From the NCBI GenBank assembly GCA_938009745.1, contig CALLII010000023.1, positions 2,458-66,457 of the forward strand: DNA of 64,000 nucleotides, in the 5' to 3' direction. The notes under the pieces were generated by a model. The model ran no database searches. It had not been told where the DNA came from and saw only the letters and a list, made by a program, of their open reading frames with translations. Shown here piece by piece: positions 28,573 to 37,946 of the stretch; within the stretch, counting starts at the first letter, position 1, and the number at the start of each line of letters is the position of its first letter. The stretch is from an uncultured Flavobacteriales bacterium (lineage in GTDB: Bacteria > Bacteroidota > Bacteroidia > Flavobacteriales_D > CAJJDF01). The position numbers and the translations under genes are program-made.

Positions 28573-29601
28573 ATGGCTACAGCTACAAAAAAGGCAGCAT
28601 CCAAAACTAAATTAAAGCACTCGAAAGCTCAATACATGAAATGGTATGAGGACATGCTTTTAATGAGAAAATTTGAAGAAAAAACTGGGCAACTTTATAT
28701 CCAACAAAAGTTTGGAGGGTTTTGTCACTTATATATCGGGCAAGAAGCTGTGGTAGCAGGTGCAGTAAGTGCAACCAGAAAAGGGGATAAGCACATTACA
28801 GCTTACAGAGATCATGCTCATCCAATTGGATTAGGAATGCATCCAAAATATGTAATGGCTGAGCTTTACGGAAGAACAACAGGTTGTTCTAAGGGTAAAG
28901 GAGGTTCTATGCACATGTTTGATACCGAAAGAGGATTGATGGGTGGACATGGAATTGTAGGAGCACAAATTCCTATGGGAGCAGGTATTGCTTTTGCTGA
29001 AAAATATAACAAGACTAAAAACGTATGCCTAACATCTTTTGGAGATGGAGCTGCACGTCAAGGTTCATTGCACGAGACTTTTAACATGGCAATGATGTGG
29101 AAGTTACCAGTGATATTTATTATTGAGAATAATAACTATGCTATGGGAACATCTGTAGAGAGAACAACTAACGTTACTGATTTATCTAAAATGGCTTTAT
29201 CTTACGATATGCCTGCTGAAAATGTAGATGGAATGAGCTGTGAAGCAGTTCATGCTGCAATCGAAACAGCAGTTGCAAGAGCAAGAAAAGGTGATGGGCC
29301 AACATTATTGAATATTGAAACTTATAGGTATAAAGGACACTCAATGAGTGATCCTCAGAAATATAGAAGTAAAGAAGAAGTTGAAGAATACATGGATATT
29401 GATCCGATTTCTCAAGTTCTTAAAACTATTAAGGATAATAAATTTGCTACGGATAAGCAGATTGAAGCTATCGGTAAAAAAGTGAAAGATTTAGTTGCTG
29501 AATCAATCAAATTTGCTGAAGATTCTCCTTATCCAGATGGAGATGAATTGTACGAAGATGTATACAAAGAGGAGTATCCATTTATGATAGAATATAAATA
29601 G
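28573..29601 (+). CDS. pdhA: Pyruvate dehydrogenase E1 alpha subunit
   Basis: GFCHLYIGQEA, YRDH, GKGGSMH, GDGA TPP motif with NN, TYRYKGHSMSDP. Confidence 0.97.
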   Translation: MATATKKAASKTKLKHSKAQYMKWYEDMLLMRKFEEKTGQLYIQQKFGGFCHLYIGQEAVVAGAVSATRKGDKHITAYRDHAHPIGLGMHPKYVMAELYGRTTGCSKGKGGSMHMFDTERGLMGGHGIVGAQIPMGAGIAFAEKYNKTKNVCLTSFGDGAARQGSLHETFNMAMMWKLPVIFIIENNNYAMGTSVERTTNVTDLSKMALSYDMPAENVDGMSCEAVHAAIETAVARARKGDGPTLLNIETYRYKGHSMSDPQKYRSKEEVEEYMDIDPISQVLKTIKDNKFATDKQIEAIGKKVKDLVAESIKFAEDSPYPDGDELYEDVYKEEYPFMIEYK

Positions 29602-29640
29602 ACTGAATTTTTAAAACCAAAAAACTAAGAATAAAGAGTT

Positions 29641-30924
29641 ATGGCAGAAATTATTAGAATGCCCAAGTTGAGTGATACAATGGTAGAAGGGGTAGTGGCA
29701 GAATGGCATAAAAAAGTGGGTGATAGCGTAGAAGAAGGAGAGTTGATTGCTGAAATTGAAACAGATAAAGCAACTATGGAGTTTGAATCTTTTTTTGATG
29801 GTGTGTTGTTACACATTGGAGTTGAAAAAGGAGCAGGAGCACCAGTTAACGATATTCTTGCAATTATTGGTGAGAAAGGGGAAGATGTAACAGCAATGCT
29901 TAAAGATGAGGCAAGTGGAGCAAATGCTGCACCTGCTAAAGAAGAGAAAAAAGAAGTGCCAAAGAAGGAAGTATCTAACCCAGCACCAGCTGCTAAAGTA
30001 GAGGCTCCAAAACCAACTGCAACAAAAGTTGTGGCTGAAGCACCTAAAGCTCAACCCTCTCATTCTGATGATGGATTAGACATAAAAATATCACCATTGG
30101 CTAAGAAATTAGCTAATGACAAAGGATTAAACTTATCTCAAGTAAAAGGAACTGGAGAAGGAGGAAGAATTGTAAAGAGAGATATTGATAATTTTAAAGG
30201 AGGAAATGCAGCTAATTTTGTAAACAGAGAATCGTATACAGAATTGCCAGTTTCTCAAATGAGAAAAACTATTGCAAGAAGATTGGGAGAAAGTAAATTT
30301 ACAGCTCCACACTTCTATTTAACTGTATCTATTGATATGGATAATGCAATGGCAGCAAGAGCTTCTATTAATAAAAGTATTGCGCCAAATAAAGTATCGT
30401 TCAATGATTTAGTAATTAAATCGTGTGCATCTGCACTTAAAGAACACCCACAAATTAACTCGGCTTGGTATGGCGATACAATTCGTCAGCATGATCATGT
30501 TAATATTGGAGTTGCAGTATCTGTTGAAGATGGTTTATTAGTTCCTGTTGTGAGATTTGCTGATGGTAAAACATTGACTCAAATTTCTACAGAAGTAAGA
30601 GAATTTGCTAAAAAGGCAAAAGCTAAAAAGCTACAACCACAAGATTGGGAGGGGAACACGTTCACAATCTCTAACCTAGGAATGTTTGGTATAGAAGAAT
30701 TTACAGCTATTATCAACTCACCTGACTCATGTATTTTAGCAATAGGAGGAATTAGCCAGGTACCAGTAGTAAAGAACGGAGAAATTGTTCCAGGAAATAT
30801 AATGAAGGTTACCTTATCATGTGATCATAGAGTTGTAGATGGAGTTGCAGGATCTCAGTTTTTGAATACATTTAAAAACTTGATGGAAAACCCAGTATTG
30901 CTTTTAGGAGCATATAATATCTAA
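29641..30924 (+). CDS. pdhC: Pyruvate dehydrogenase E2, dihydrolipoamide acetyltransferase (one lipoyl domain)
   Basis: Lipoyl IETDKATM, Ala/Pro/Lys linker, E3-binding SPLAKKLA, catalytic DHRVVDG. Confidence 0.96.
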   Translation: MAEIIRMPKLSDTMVEGVVAEWHKKVGDSVEEGELIAEIETDKATMEFESFFDGVLLHIGVEKGAGAPVNDILAIIGEKGEDVTAMLKDEASGANAAPAKEEKKEVPKKEVSNPAPAAKVEAPKPTATKVVAEAPKAQPSHSDDGLDIKISPLAKKLANDKGLNLSQVKGTGEGGRIVKRDIDNFKGGNAANFVNRESYTELPVSQMRKTIARRLGESKFTAPHFYLTVSIDMDNAMAARASINKSIAPNKVSFNDLVIKSCASALKEHPQINSAWYGDTIRQHDHVNIGVAVSVEDGLLVPVVRFADGKTLTQISTEVREFAKKAKAKKLQPQDWEGNTFTISNLGMFGIEEFTAIINSPDSCILAIGGISQVPVVKNGEIVPGNIMKVTLSCDHRVVDGVAGSQFLNTFKNLMENPVLLLGAYNI

Positions 30925-30928
30925 TAGT

Positions 30929-31705
30929 ATGAAACTAAATTTTGGACTTTTTGTATTAGTAATATTTTCTCTTTTTGGATGTAAATCTAAGAAAGAGACC
31001 AAAGTTGTTGAACAAGTAAATGTACCAGTAGTTATGGAAGAAAAAACTGGAATAGATTTATATGCAGGTAGTTATTTAATTACAGAATTAGCTTCTTTTC
31101 CTGAGTTTAATGAAGTATCACCTACAATAAACATAAAAGAGGATGGAAAGGTAAGTGGTAACAATGGATGTAACTCTTACTTTGGTAAATTAGATTTAGA
31201 CGGAGAATTAATTTTTTCTAATATTGGTTCAACAAGAATGGCTTGCTCTGGCGAAGCTGGAGATGTTGAAAAAGCAGTTAATGCTGCATTTCAAGAAGGA
31301 ACCGTTTTAGATATGGACGATAAAGGATTCGTTTTATTGTCAGATAATACCATTCTGTTAAAGGCAAAACGACTTTCATTAGAAATAGGAGAGTGGCAAT
31401 TAGTGTCGCTTAGTGGAAAATCTATTCAGGAACCAATCGTATTCTTTAATATTATTAAAGGTAATGTTGCGGGAACAACTGGTTGTAACTCATTTACAGG
31501 TATTCTTCAAGAAGAAGGGTTTAAAATCACTTTTAAGGATATATCTGCAACTGAAATGGATTGTAAAGGATTTGATACTGTCCAAGAAGTGGTGTTTCTT
31601 AGAGCTTTGGAAAAAGTAACTAGATACAGATTGGAAGGGTCAATAGCAAGATTTTACTTTGGAGACAAAGAATTATTTGTTCTTGAAAACATAGGAGAAT
31701 TTTAG
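30929..31705 (+). CDS. Lipoprotein with two META (HslJ-like) domains
   Basis: Lipobox LFGC; GNNGCNSY...STRMAC and GTTGCNSF...ATEMDC repeats. Confidence 0.85.
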   Translation: MKLNFGLFVLVIFSLFGCKSKKETKVVEQVNVPVVMEEKTGIDLYAGSYLITELASFPEFNEVSPTINIKEDGKVSGNNGCNSYFGKLDLDGELIFSNIGSTRMACSGEAGDVEKAVNAAFQEGTVLDMDDKGFVLLSDNTILLKAKRLSLEIGEWQLVSLSGKSIQEPIVFFNIIKGNVAGTTGCNSFTGILQEEGFKITFKDISATEMDCKGFDTVQEVVFLRALEKVTRYRLEGSIARFYFGDKELFVLENIGEF

Positions 31706-31740
31706 AAGTGTTATTTTAAGCAACTTCACTAAAGGTTAAT

Positions 31741-31748
31741 TACCTTTG
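31741..31748 (+). promoter_or_regulatory. -7 promoter element for the bacilliredoxin gene
   Basis: TACCTTTG 39 nt upstream of the ATG. Confidence 0.55.
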
Positions 31749-31787
31749 TAATTCAATATTAATAATCAGATTTTAAAATATAATAAT

Positions 31788-32201
31788 ATGTACCCAGAAG
31801 AAGTAATAGCGCCAATAAGAGAAGATTTAACAGGAGCAGGATTTACAGAATTAACAACTCCAGCAGAAGTAGATGAGATTATGAACGCAGGAGGAACTAC
31901 TCTTTGTGTAGTTAATTCGGTATGTGGATGTGCGGCAAGAAACGCAAGACCAGCAGCTAAATTATCAGTAGATATGGGAGATAAAAGACCTAATAACTTG
32001 GTAACAGTATTTGCAGGAGTAGATGCAGCAGCAGTTGAGCAGGCAAGAAAATACACATTGCCTTATCCAGCATCTTCACCAAGTATCGCTTTGTTTAAAG
32101 ATGGAAAATTAGTTCACTTTTTAGAAAGACACCACATTGAAGGAAACACAGCAGAAGCAATTGCAGATAATTTATCAGCAGCTTATACTGAGTTTTGTTA
32201 A
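31788..32201 (+). CDS. BrxA/BrxB family bacilliredoxin
   Basis: MYPEE, VVNSVCGCAA..ARP (CGC motif), TVFAGVD, SSPSIALFKDG, ERHHIEG. Confidence 0.93.
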   Translation: MYPEEVIAPIREDLTGAGFTELTTPAEVDEIMNAGGTTLCVVNSVCGCAARNARPAAKLSVDMGDKRPNNLVTVFAGVDAAAVEQARKYTLPYPASSPSIALFKDGKLVHFLERHHIEGNTAEAIADNLSAAYTEFC

Positions 32202-32224
32202 GATTAGATTTTAACTAAAATAGT

Positions 32225-32257
32225 AAAAAGGGAGAAACGAAAGTTTCTCCCTTTTTT
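32225..32257. terminator. Bidirectional intrinsic terminator
   Basis: AAAAAGGGAGAAAC-GAAA-GTTTCTCCCTTTTT perfect stem between convergent genes. Confidence 0.9.
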
Positions 32258-32274
32258 ATGCAATAAACTTTGGA

Positions 32275-33864
32275 TTACATATTTTTCAAAACTACATCCA
32301 AATCATTGTCGTTTCTAGAATTAACGTATTCTCTTCCTTCCTCATCCCAAATTCCAGATGCTATTTCTTCTTTTATTCTATTGCTTAATCTGTCTCTAGA
32401 TTTAGCAATATCGCTTGGACTTCCGTTAACATCTCTACTTTTAGCAAAAGCTACAAAATCAGTATACATTCTATCTGTAACCACAAAGTTTTTCAGAAAA
32501 TGATTCAGGCTTTTGTTAGTCAATCTTATTCTGTTAACTTTTAAATAATTGATTGTAAACTCAGTTATTACTCTACTATAAGCAACCTTTCTGTAAAAAG
32601 AAGAATAGCCAGTAGTGTCATAAGGAATGAATATGTCAGGAGTAATACCACCACCACCATAAACCACTTTTCCTCCAGGAGTTGTAAACTTTAAGGAATC
32701 AACAAATACAGTTGAATCCAAAGCAAATAGTTCACCATTCTTATCTCTGTCGTAAAGCTCCATCATGTAATCGTAATGCGCCCCATTTTTGTATGGTTTT
32801 TGAATACATCTTCCAGTTGGAGTGTAATATCGTGCAACAGTAATTCTCATTTGTGAGCTGTCGACCAACCTAATAGGTTTTTGAACTAATCCCTTACCAA
32901 ATGAACGTCTTCCATAAATAGTCCCTCTGTCGTTATCCTGAATAGCTCCAGCAACAATCTCACTTGCACTTGCCGATTCTCTATCCATTAGTACAGCTAA
33001 TTCTACTGTTTTTAATATTCCTTTTTTAGTTGCAATTGCTTTCTCACCTTCACCATTTCTATCAAGAGTGTAAACCATAAGCATGCCTTCTTCTAAAAAT
33101 TGATCTACTATATCTTCCGCAATTTGTAAGTATCCACCTCCATTTCCTCTTAGGTCAAACACCATTTTTTTCATTCCTTTTTTTAATAAAGCTCTAGCTG
33201 CATAAAAGAATTCCTCAGAAGAAGTTTCAGAAAAACGCACTAGTTTAATGTACCCAATATCTTCAGTTAACATGAACGAAGCAGTTACACTTTTAATAGG
33301 AATTAGTCCTCTAATAATAGTTTTAGTAAGTATTTCTCCTCTTCTTTTTAGTTCTATTTTTACTTCAGTTTTCGGCACTCCTTTTAGGAGTTTCATCACT
33401 TCATCATTCTGTAAATTTACGCCTGCAACTAATGTTGTGTCTATTTTTGTGATAATGTCTCCGTTTTCTAATCCAGCTCTAAAAGAAGGCCCGTTAGCAA
33501 TAACATTGGTAACGAATAAGGAGTCGTTAAGAATAATAAACTTTACACCAACACCAGCAAACTGCCCTCTCATTTCTTCGTCCTCTCGGTTGTTTTTTTT
33601 GTAAGGAATATATGCCGAATGAGGATCCAGGTTAGAGAGTAATTGTTGAATCGTTTTATCAGTAAGTTGCTTGTCAGAAATTGTATCTACAAATTCATTT
33701 TTAATAGCATCCATTACTTGATATAGTTTTTGTTGGGAGCTATACTCAAGATTGTTCTCTTTTTTTTGAGATAAAAAAGGAGAGTTGTTTTTCTTTCCTA
33801 AATAGAAACCAACTGCTAAAGCAATGGCAAAAAATAAAGGAAATAAGTAAGTGATTTTTTTCAT
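32275..33864 (-). CDS. S41 C-terminal processing peptidase (CtpA/Prc-like)
   Basis: LDPHSAY, PDZ domain, DLRGNGGG, SASASEIVAGAIQD, RSFGKGLVQ, ARYYTPTGRCIQK. Confidence 0.94.
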   Translation of the reverse strand: MKKITYLFPLFFAIALAVGFYLGKKNNSPFLSQKKENNLEYSSQQKLYQVMDAIKNEFVDTISDKQLTDKTIQQLLSNLDPHSAYIPYKKNNREDEEMRGQFAGVGVKFIILNDSLFVTNVIANGPSFRAGLENGDIITKIDTTLVAGVNLQNDEVMKLLKGVPKTEVKIELKRRGEILTKTIIRGLIPIKSVTASFMLTEDIGYIKLVRFSETSSEEFFYAARALLKKGMKKMVFDLRGNGGGYLQIAEDIVDQFLEEGMLMVYTLDRNGEGEKAIATKKGILKTVELAVLMDRESASASEIVAGAIQDNDRGTIYGRRSFGKGLVQKPIRLVDSSQMRITVARYYTPTGRCIQKPYKNGAHYDYMMELYDRDKNGELFALDSTVFVDSLKFTTPGGKVVYGGGGITPDIFIPYDTTGYSSFYRKVAYSRVITEFTINYLKVNRIRLTNKSLNHFLKNFVVTDRMYTDFVAFAKSRDVNGSPSDIAKSRDRLSNRIKEEIASGIWDEEGREYVNSRNDNDLDVVLKNM

Positions 33865-34286
33865 TAAAGTTCTATGTGTTCAAGTTCAATATGTGCGTTT
33901 TTCAAAAAGTCTATTCCTGAGCAATCTTTGTATTCAGTGATATAAACTACGCGTTTTATTCCAGCTTGGTGTATTAGTTTAGCACAATCTCTACAAGGCG
34001 AAAGAGTAATGTATAAAGTAGCTCCTCTGGAACTGTTAGTCGATTTAGATAGTTTCATCAAAGCATTAGCCTCAGCATGAAGCACATACCAGTTAGTTTC
34101 TCCATTATCATCCTCACAACAATTATCAAAACCTGTTGGAGTTCCATTATAACCGTCAGATATTATTACCTGATCTTTTACAATAATAGCACCTACTTGT
34201 TTACGCTCACAATGAGATAATTTACTCCATTCTTTAGCCATATTAAGATAGGCTGTATCATAGCGTAATTGTTTTTCTTTTTTCAT
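33864..34286 (-). CDS. dCMP deaminase (ComEB-like)
   Basis: SHCERKQVGA, GYNGTP, HAEANA, LSPCRDC. Confidence 0.92.
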   Translation of the reverse strand: MKKEKQLRYDTAYLNMAKEWSKLSHCERKQVGAIIVKDQVIISDGYNGTPTGFDNCCEDDNGETNWYVLHAEANALMKLSKSTNSSRGATLYITLSPCRDCAKLIHQAGIKRVVYITEYKDCSGIDFLKNAHIELEHIEL

Positions 34287-34357
34287 TGTAAGTAATTTGC
34301 TCGAATTTAATGAAAATATGGTTTAGGGATTATACTTTTCGAAACTAAATTATTCTC

Positions 34358-34365
34358 TATATTTG
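34358..34365 (+). promoter_or_regulatory. -7 promoter element immediately upstream of the murI start
   Basis: TATATTTG ends 3 nt before ATG 34369. Confidence 0.5.
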
Positions 34366-34368
34366 ACT

Positions 34369-35184
34369 ATGGCAAATTCTCAATCATCTCAACCCATTGG
34401 AGTATTCGATTCTGGTATCGGAGGATTGACTGTGGCGCATGCTATTAGTAGGCTAATGCCAAACGAACGAATTATCTATTTTGGCGATACAGCTCACTTA
34501 CCTTATGGCGATAAATCACCAGAGCTCATTCACTCATTCGTTCAGGGTATTTCTAAGTTTTTGATTAGAAAAGAAAATTGCAAAGCTGTGGTAATGGCTT
34601 GCAATACTGCTTCGGCTACTTCTTATGAATTTTTGAGAGACAAGCACGAAGGAAATTTTCCAATTATTAATGTAATTGATCCAATTGTAGAAGCTATTGT
34701 AAATGATGACTCGATTAAAAAAGTAGGGCTAATTGCTACCAAGACTACTGTAGAATCTGGAGTATATCAAGAAAAGCTAAACAGAAGAAATCCCAATTTA
34801 GAAATAGAAGTATTGGCAACTCCGCTTTTAGCTCCAATGATTGAAGAGGGTTTTAGTCAGGATAAAATAAGCCACACGGTAATCGAAAACTATCTTTCTA
34901 ACCCAAAGTTTAAAGATATTGATGCTTTAATTTTAGGTTGTACGCATTACGTTTTAATTTCTGAAGAAATCAATGAATTTTTTGATGGAAAGGTAAAATT
35001 ATTTGATTCTACTGATATTTTGGCAAGTAAATTAAAAGTCATTTTGAATAACGAAAACTTACTTTCTGATAAAAAAGAAAAGCGAAATAAGTTTTATGTT
35101 TCCGATTTAACCAAGGGTTTTAGTGAATCTGCCTCAAGATTTTATGGAGAAAATTTAGTGTTAGAACTGAATAAGATTGATTAA
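34369..35184 (+). CDS. murI: Glutamate racemase
   Basis: IGVFDSGIGGLTV, YFGDTAHLPYG, MACNTA, LGCTHY. Confidence 0.97.
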   Translation: MANSQSSQPIGVFDSGIGGLTVAHAISRLMPNERIIYFGDTAHLPYGDKSPELIHSFVQGISKFLIRKENCKAVVMACNTASATSYEFLRDKHEGNFPIINVIDPIVEAIVNDDSIKKVGLIATKTTVESGVYQEKLNRRNPNLEIEVLATPLLAPMIEEGFSQDKISHTVIENYLSNPKFKDIDALILGCTHYVLISEEINEFFDGKVKLFDSTDILASKLKVILNNENLLSDKKEKRNKFYVSDLTKGFSESASRFYGENLVLELNKID

Positions 35185-35244
35185 GAATACTATTTCAGGC
35201 TCAACTTTCAATACTAAACTCCGTATATTTAAAAAAATAACCAC

Positions 35245-36021
35245 ATGAAAAAGCTAATTTTTGTATTCACTGCCGTCTTGGTAATAGGATTTATTTCTTG
35301 TAATAAAGATGATGTTACACCCATTGAGTGTACTACCAATCCAACTCCTACAGACGAAGCATTTGTTAAAACTATTGAGTTTCCTTCTGGAGATTCTTTG
35401 ATGATAACTGCCGATCATTATCATGTAAATAATAGTAAACCAATTATAGTATTATGTCACCAGGCCGGTTATAGCAGAGGAGAATACCTTGAGACTGCTG
35501 ATTCATTAAATAGACTAGGATTCAATTGTTTGGCCATAGACCAAAGATCTGGAGGTTCGGTAAATGGGGTTAATAACGAAACAAGAACAAGAGCTATTGC
35601 TGCTGGTTTGGCAATAGGATTTACGGATGCTAGACAAGATATTGTTGCGGCAATATCTTGGGCAAAAGCTTATTATGGTAAAAATGTAATTCTGTGGGGA
35701 AGTTCCTACTCAGCTGCTCACTCTTTAGTCATATCTAATGAAAATGCAGACGTAGAACAAGTGTTAGTATTTAGTCCTGGAGAATACTTAGCGGGAATTG
35801 ATGTTGAAGCTTCAGTTACAGGTCTCAATAAGCCTGCGTTTTTAACTTCATCTAAAACTGAAGCTACAAATGTCACTAACTTTTATAATGTAATTACGTC
35901 AGCTGATAAAGTTCAATTTATACCTGTAGGAAGTGGAGTCCATGGTTCTAGAGTATTATGGAGTGCTCAGACTGACCAAGCTGAATATTGGGTTGCTGTT
36001 AAAGCTTTTTTGGGAGTGTAA
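35245..36021 (+). CDS. Lipoprotein alpha/beta hydrolase (dienelactone-hydrolase-like)
   Basis: Lipobox FISC, HQAGYSRGEY, AIDQRSGG, nucleophile elbow WGSSYSA, GVHGS. Confidence 0.8.
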   Translation: MKKLIFVFTAVLVIGFISCNKDDVTPIECTTNPTPTDEAFVKTIEFPSGDSLMITADHYHVNNSKPIIVLCHQAGYSRGEYLETADSLNRLGFNCLAIDQRSGGSVNGVNNETRTRAIAAGLAIGFTDARQDIVAAISWAKAYYGKNVILWGSSYSAAHSLVISNENADVEQVLVFSPGEYLAGIDVEASVTGLNKPAFLTSSKTEATNVTNFYNVITSADKVQFIPVGSGVHGSRVLWSAQTDQAEYWVAVKAFLGV

Positions 36022-36024
36022 AGT

Positions 36025-36543
36025 TTAAGGGAAGTTTAATTCATTCAGATTAATGTCTACTTTCTTCCATTCTGATTCATCATACTCTATCTGTTCTATG
36101 AGTTTTATCTTCATAAAAAGACCAAAGTAGTTAGTCGCTTCAACATATCTCTTGTTGTAACCAAACGCTCCCATGTCTTGCATTTGATATTCCACTTTTT
36201 GGTTTGGATTTTTAATATTTACGTAATAAATGGATTGTGTTTTAAAAACAGATGATTGTAATAATAGTGGTAAAGGTCCAGCTGAAAGTATTGCGATTAA
36301 TAGAATTGTTGGAATCAAACAATTCAGAACTATCTTTTTAAAATTGCTATATCTAATAATACTCCAAACTATTATTGCAAAAGGTAGAGTAATCAAACTG
36401 AGTGTAACTAGTGATTTTAATTCTTGAGATTTTATTTCAAGTGAAGTAAAATAGATAATTGATAATAAAAGCAAAACCAAAAAAAGCAAAATATTTAATG
36501 CTAACGTGATAGCCTTAAATATTTTGCTTTTTCTTGAATTCAT
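36025..36543 (-). CDS. Hypothetical membrane protein
   Basis: Three TM segments followed by a soluble 'EYQMQDMGAFGYNKR' domain. Confidence 0.65.
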   Translation of the reverse strand: MNSRKSKIFKAITLALNILLFLVLLLLSIIYFTSLEIKSQELKSLVTLSLITLPFAIIVWSIIRYSNFKKIVLNCLIPTILLIAILSAGPLPLLLQSSVFKTQSIYYVNIKNPNQKVEYQMQDMGAFGYNKRYVEATNYFGLFMKIKLIEQIEYDESEWKKVDINLNELNFP

Positions 36544-36550
36544 TCAGTTT

Positions 36551-37864
36551 CTAGTTTTTCTTCCTAAAGAAAATATTCATTGGTACTCCTTCAAACTTAT
36601 ATAGTTTACGCAATTGGTTTTCTACAAATCGCTTGTAATCCTCACGAATGTATTGTGGTAAATTACAGAAAACTGCAAAACTTGGTGTGTAAGTTGGTAG
36701 TTGAGTAATGAACTTAATCTTAATGTACTTCCCTTTGTAAGCAGGTGGTGGCGTTCTTTCAATTATTGGCAGTAACTTGTCGTTAAGCTCAGAAGTTGGT
36801 ATTTTCTGTGTACGGTTTTCGTATACTTCAATAGATTTTTCTAATGCTTTATGTAGCCTTTGCTTAGTAACTGTTGAGGTGAAAATAATTGGAACATCAG
36901 TAAATGGAGCTAACCTTTTTCTTACTCTTTCTTCCATTTCTTTAATGGTATTGGTTTCTTTTTCGTCAACCAAATCCCATTTGTTGATTAATACAACAAC
37001 TCCTTTTTTGTTCTTTTTTATTATCTGAAATACATTCAAATCTTGATGACCTATTCCTTCAATAGCATCAACCATAAAAATACATACATCACTTTCTTCA
37101 ATGGCTCTTACCGAACGCAAGGTTGAATAAAACTCAATGTCTTCTTGTACTTTAGCTTGTTTTCTTAATCCAGCAGTATCTACCAAAAAGAAATCAAATC
37201 CATATGATTTGTAACGCGTATTAAGCGTATCTCTTGTAGTTCCAGATATTGGAGTTACAATATTTCTCTCTTGACCAATTAAGGCATTAATAAGGGATGA
37301 TTTCCCTACATTTGGTTTTCCAACAATGGCAAATTTTGGCACTCCAGAAGTATCTTCTAGTTCTGGTTTGTCCTCAAAATCTTCTACTACTTTATCTAGT
37401 ATTTCTCCTGTTCCACTTCCGTTAATAGAAGATAGGTTGAAAACTTCTCCCAATCCTAAGCTATAAAACTCTGCCGACATAGTTTGGTGAATAGGCGAAT
37501 CTACTTTATTGGCAATTACATATACTTTTTTAGACATCTTACGGAGAATTTTAGCAACTCTCATGTCTAAATCAGTAACTCCTACTTGCACATCTACTAC
37601 AAATAATATAGCATCTGCTTCGTCTATAGCCAAGTGAACTTGCTTACGAATTTCTCCTTCAAATACATCATCCGAACCTTGAACATAACCTCCTGTATCA
37701 ATCACAGAAAATTCTGCACCATTCCATTCCGATTTCCCGTAGTGCCTGTCACGAGTTACTCCACTAGATTCCTCTACAATGGCTTTTCGCTCACCAGTTA
37801 ATCTATTGAAAAGAGTAGATTTCCCTACATTTGGTCTTCCTACTATCGCTACTATATTTCCCAT
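36551..37864 (-). CDS. der: Ribosome biogenesis GTPase Der (EngA)
   Basis: Two G domains ([16 protein letters not shown]; [16 protein letters not shown]) and a KH-like C-terminus. Start placed at ATG 37864. Confidence 0.97.
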   Translation of the reverse strand: MGNIVAIVGRPNVGKSTLFNRLTGERKAIVEESSGVTRDRHYGKSEWNGAEFSVIDTGGYVQGSDDVFEGEIRKQVHLAIDEADAILFVVDVQVGVTDLDMRVAKILRKMSKKVYVIANKVDSPIHQTMSAEFYSLGLGEVFNLSSINGSGTGEILDKVVEDFEDKPELEDTSGVPKFAIVGKPNVGKSSLINALIGQERNIVTPISGTTRDTLNTRYKSYGFDFFLVDTAGLRKQAKVQEDIEFYSTLRSVRAIEESDVCIFMVDAIEGIGHQDLNVFQIIKKNKKGVVVLINKWDLVDEKETNTIKEMEERVRKRLAPFTDVPIIFTSTVTKQRLHKALEKSIEVYENRTQKIPTSELNDKLLPIIERTPPPAYKGKYIKIKFITQLPTYTPSFAVFCNLPQYIREDYKRFVENQLRKLYKFEGVPMNIFFRKKN

Positions 37865-37946
37865 ACTGCTTCTATTATTCTGCGAATTTACGATTAATAG
37901 TTTAGATTGAACCAAAGTTCTTTGATTCACTCAAATTACCTTACGT

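Noticed and set aside
28573-30924. pdhB missing between pdhA and pdhC
   Set aside because: Separate location of pdhB is common in this phylum; there is no sign of deletion (39-nt spacer).
27540-34286. Three zinc-dependent deaminases (TadA-like, Cdd, dCMP deaminase) within 7 kb as a possible editing or defence system
   Set aside because: Each has ordinary housekeeping motifs and size, they lie in different operons or strands, and no defence-type partners are present.
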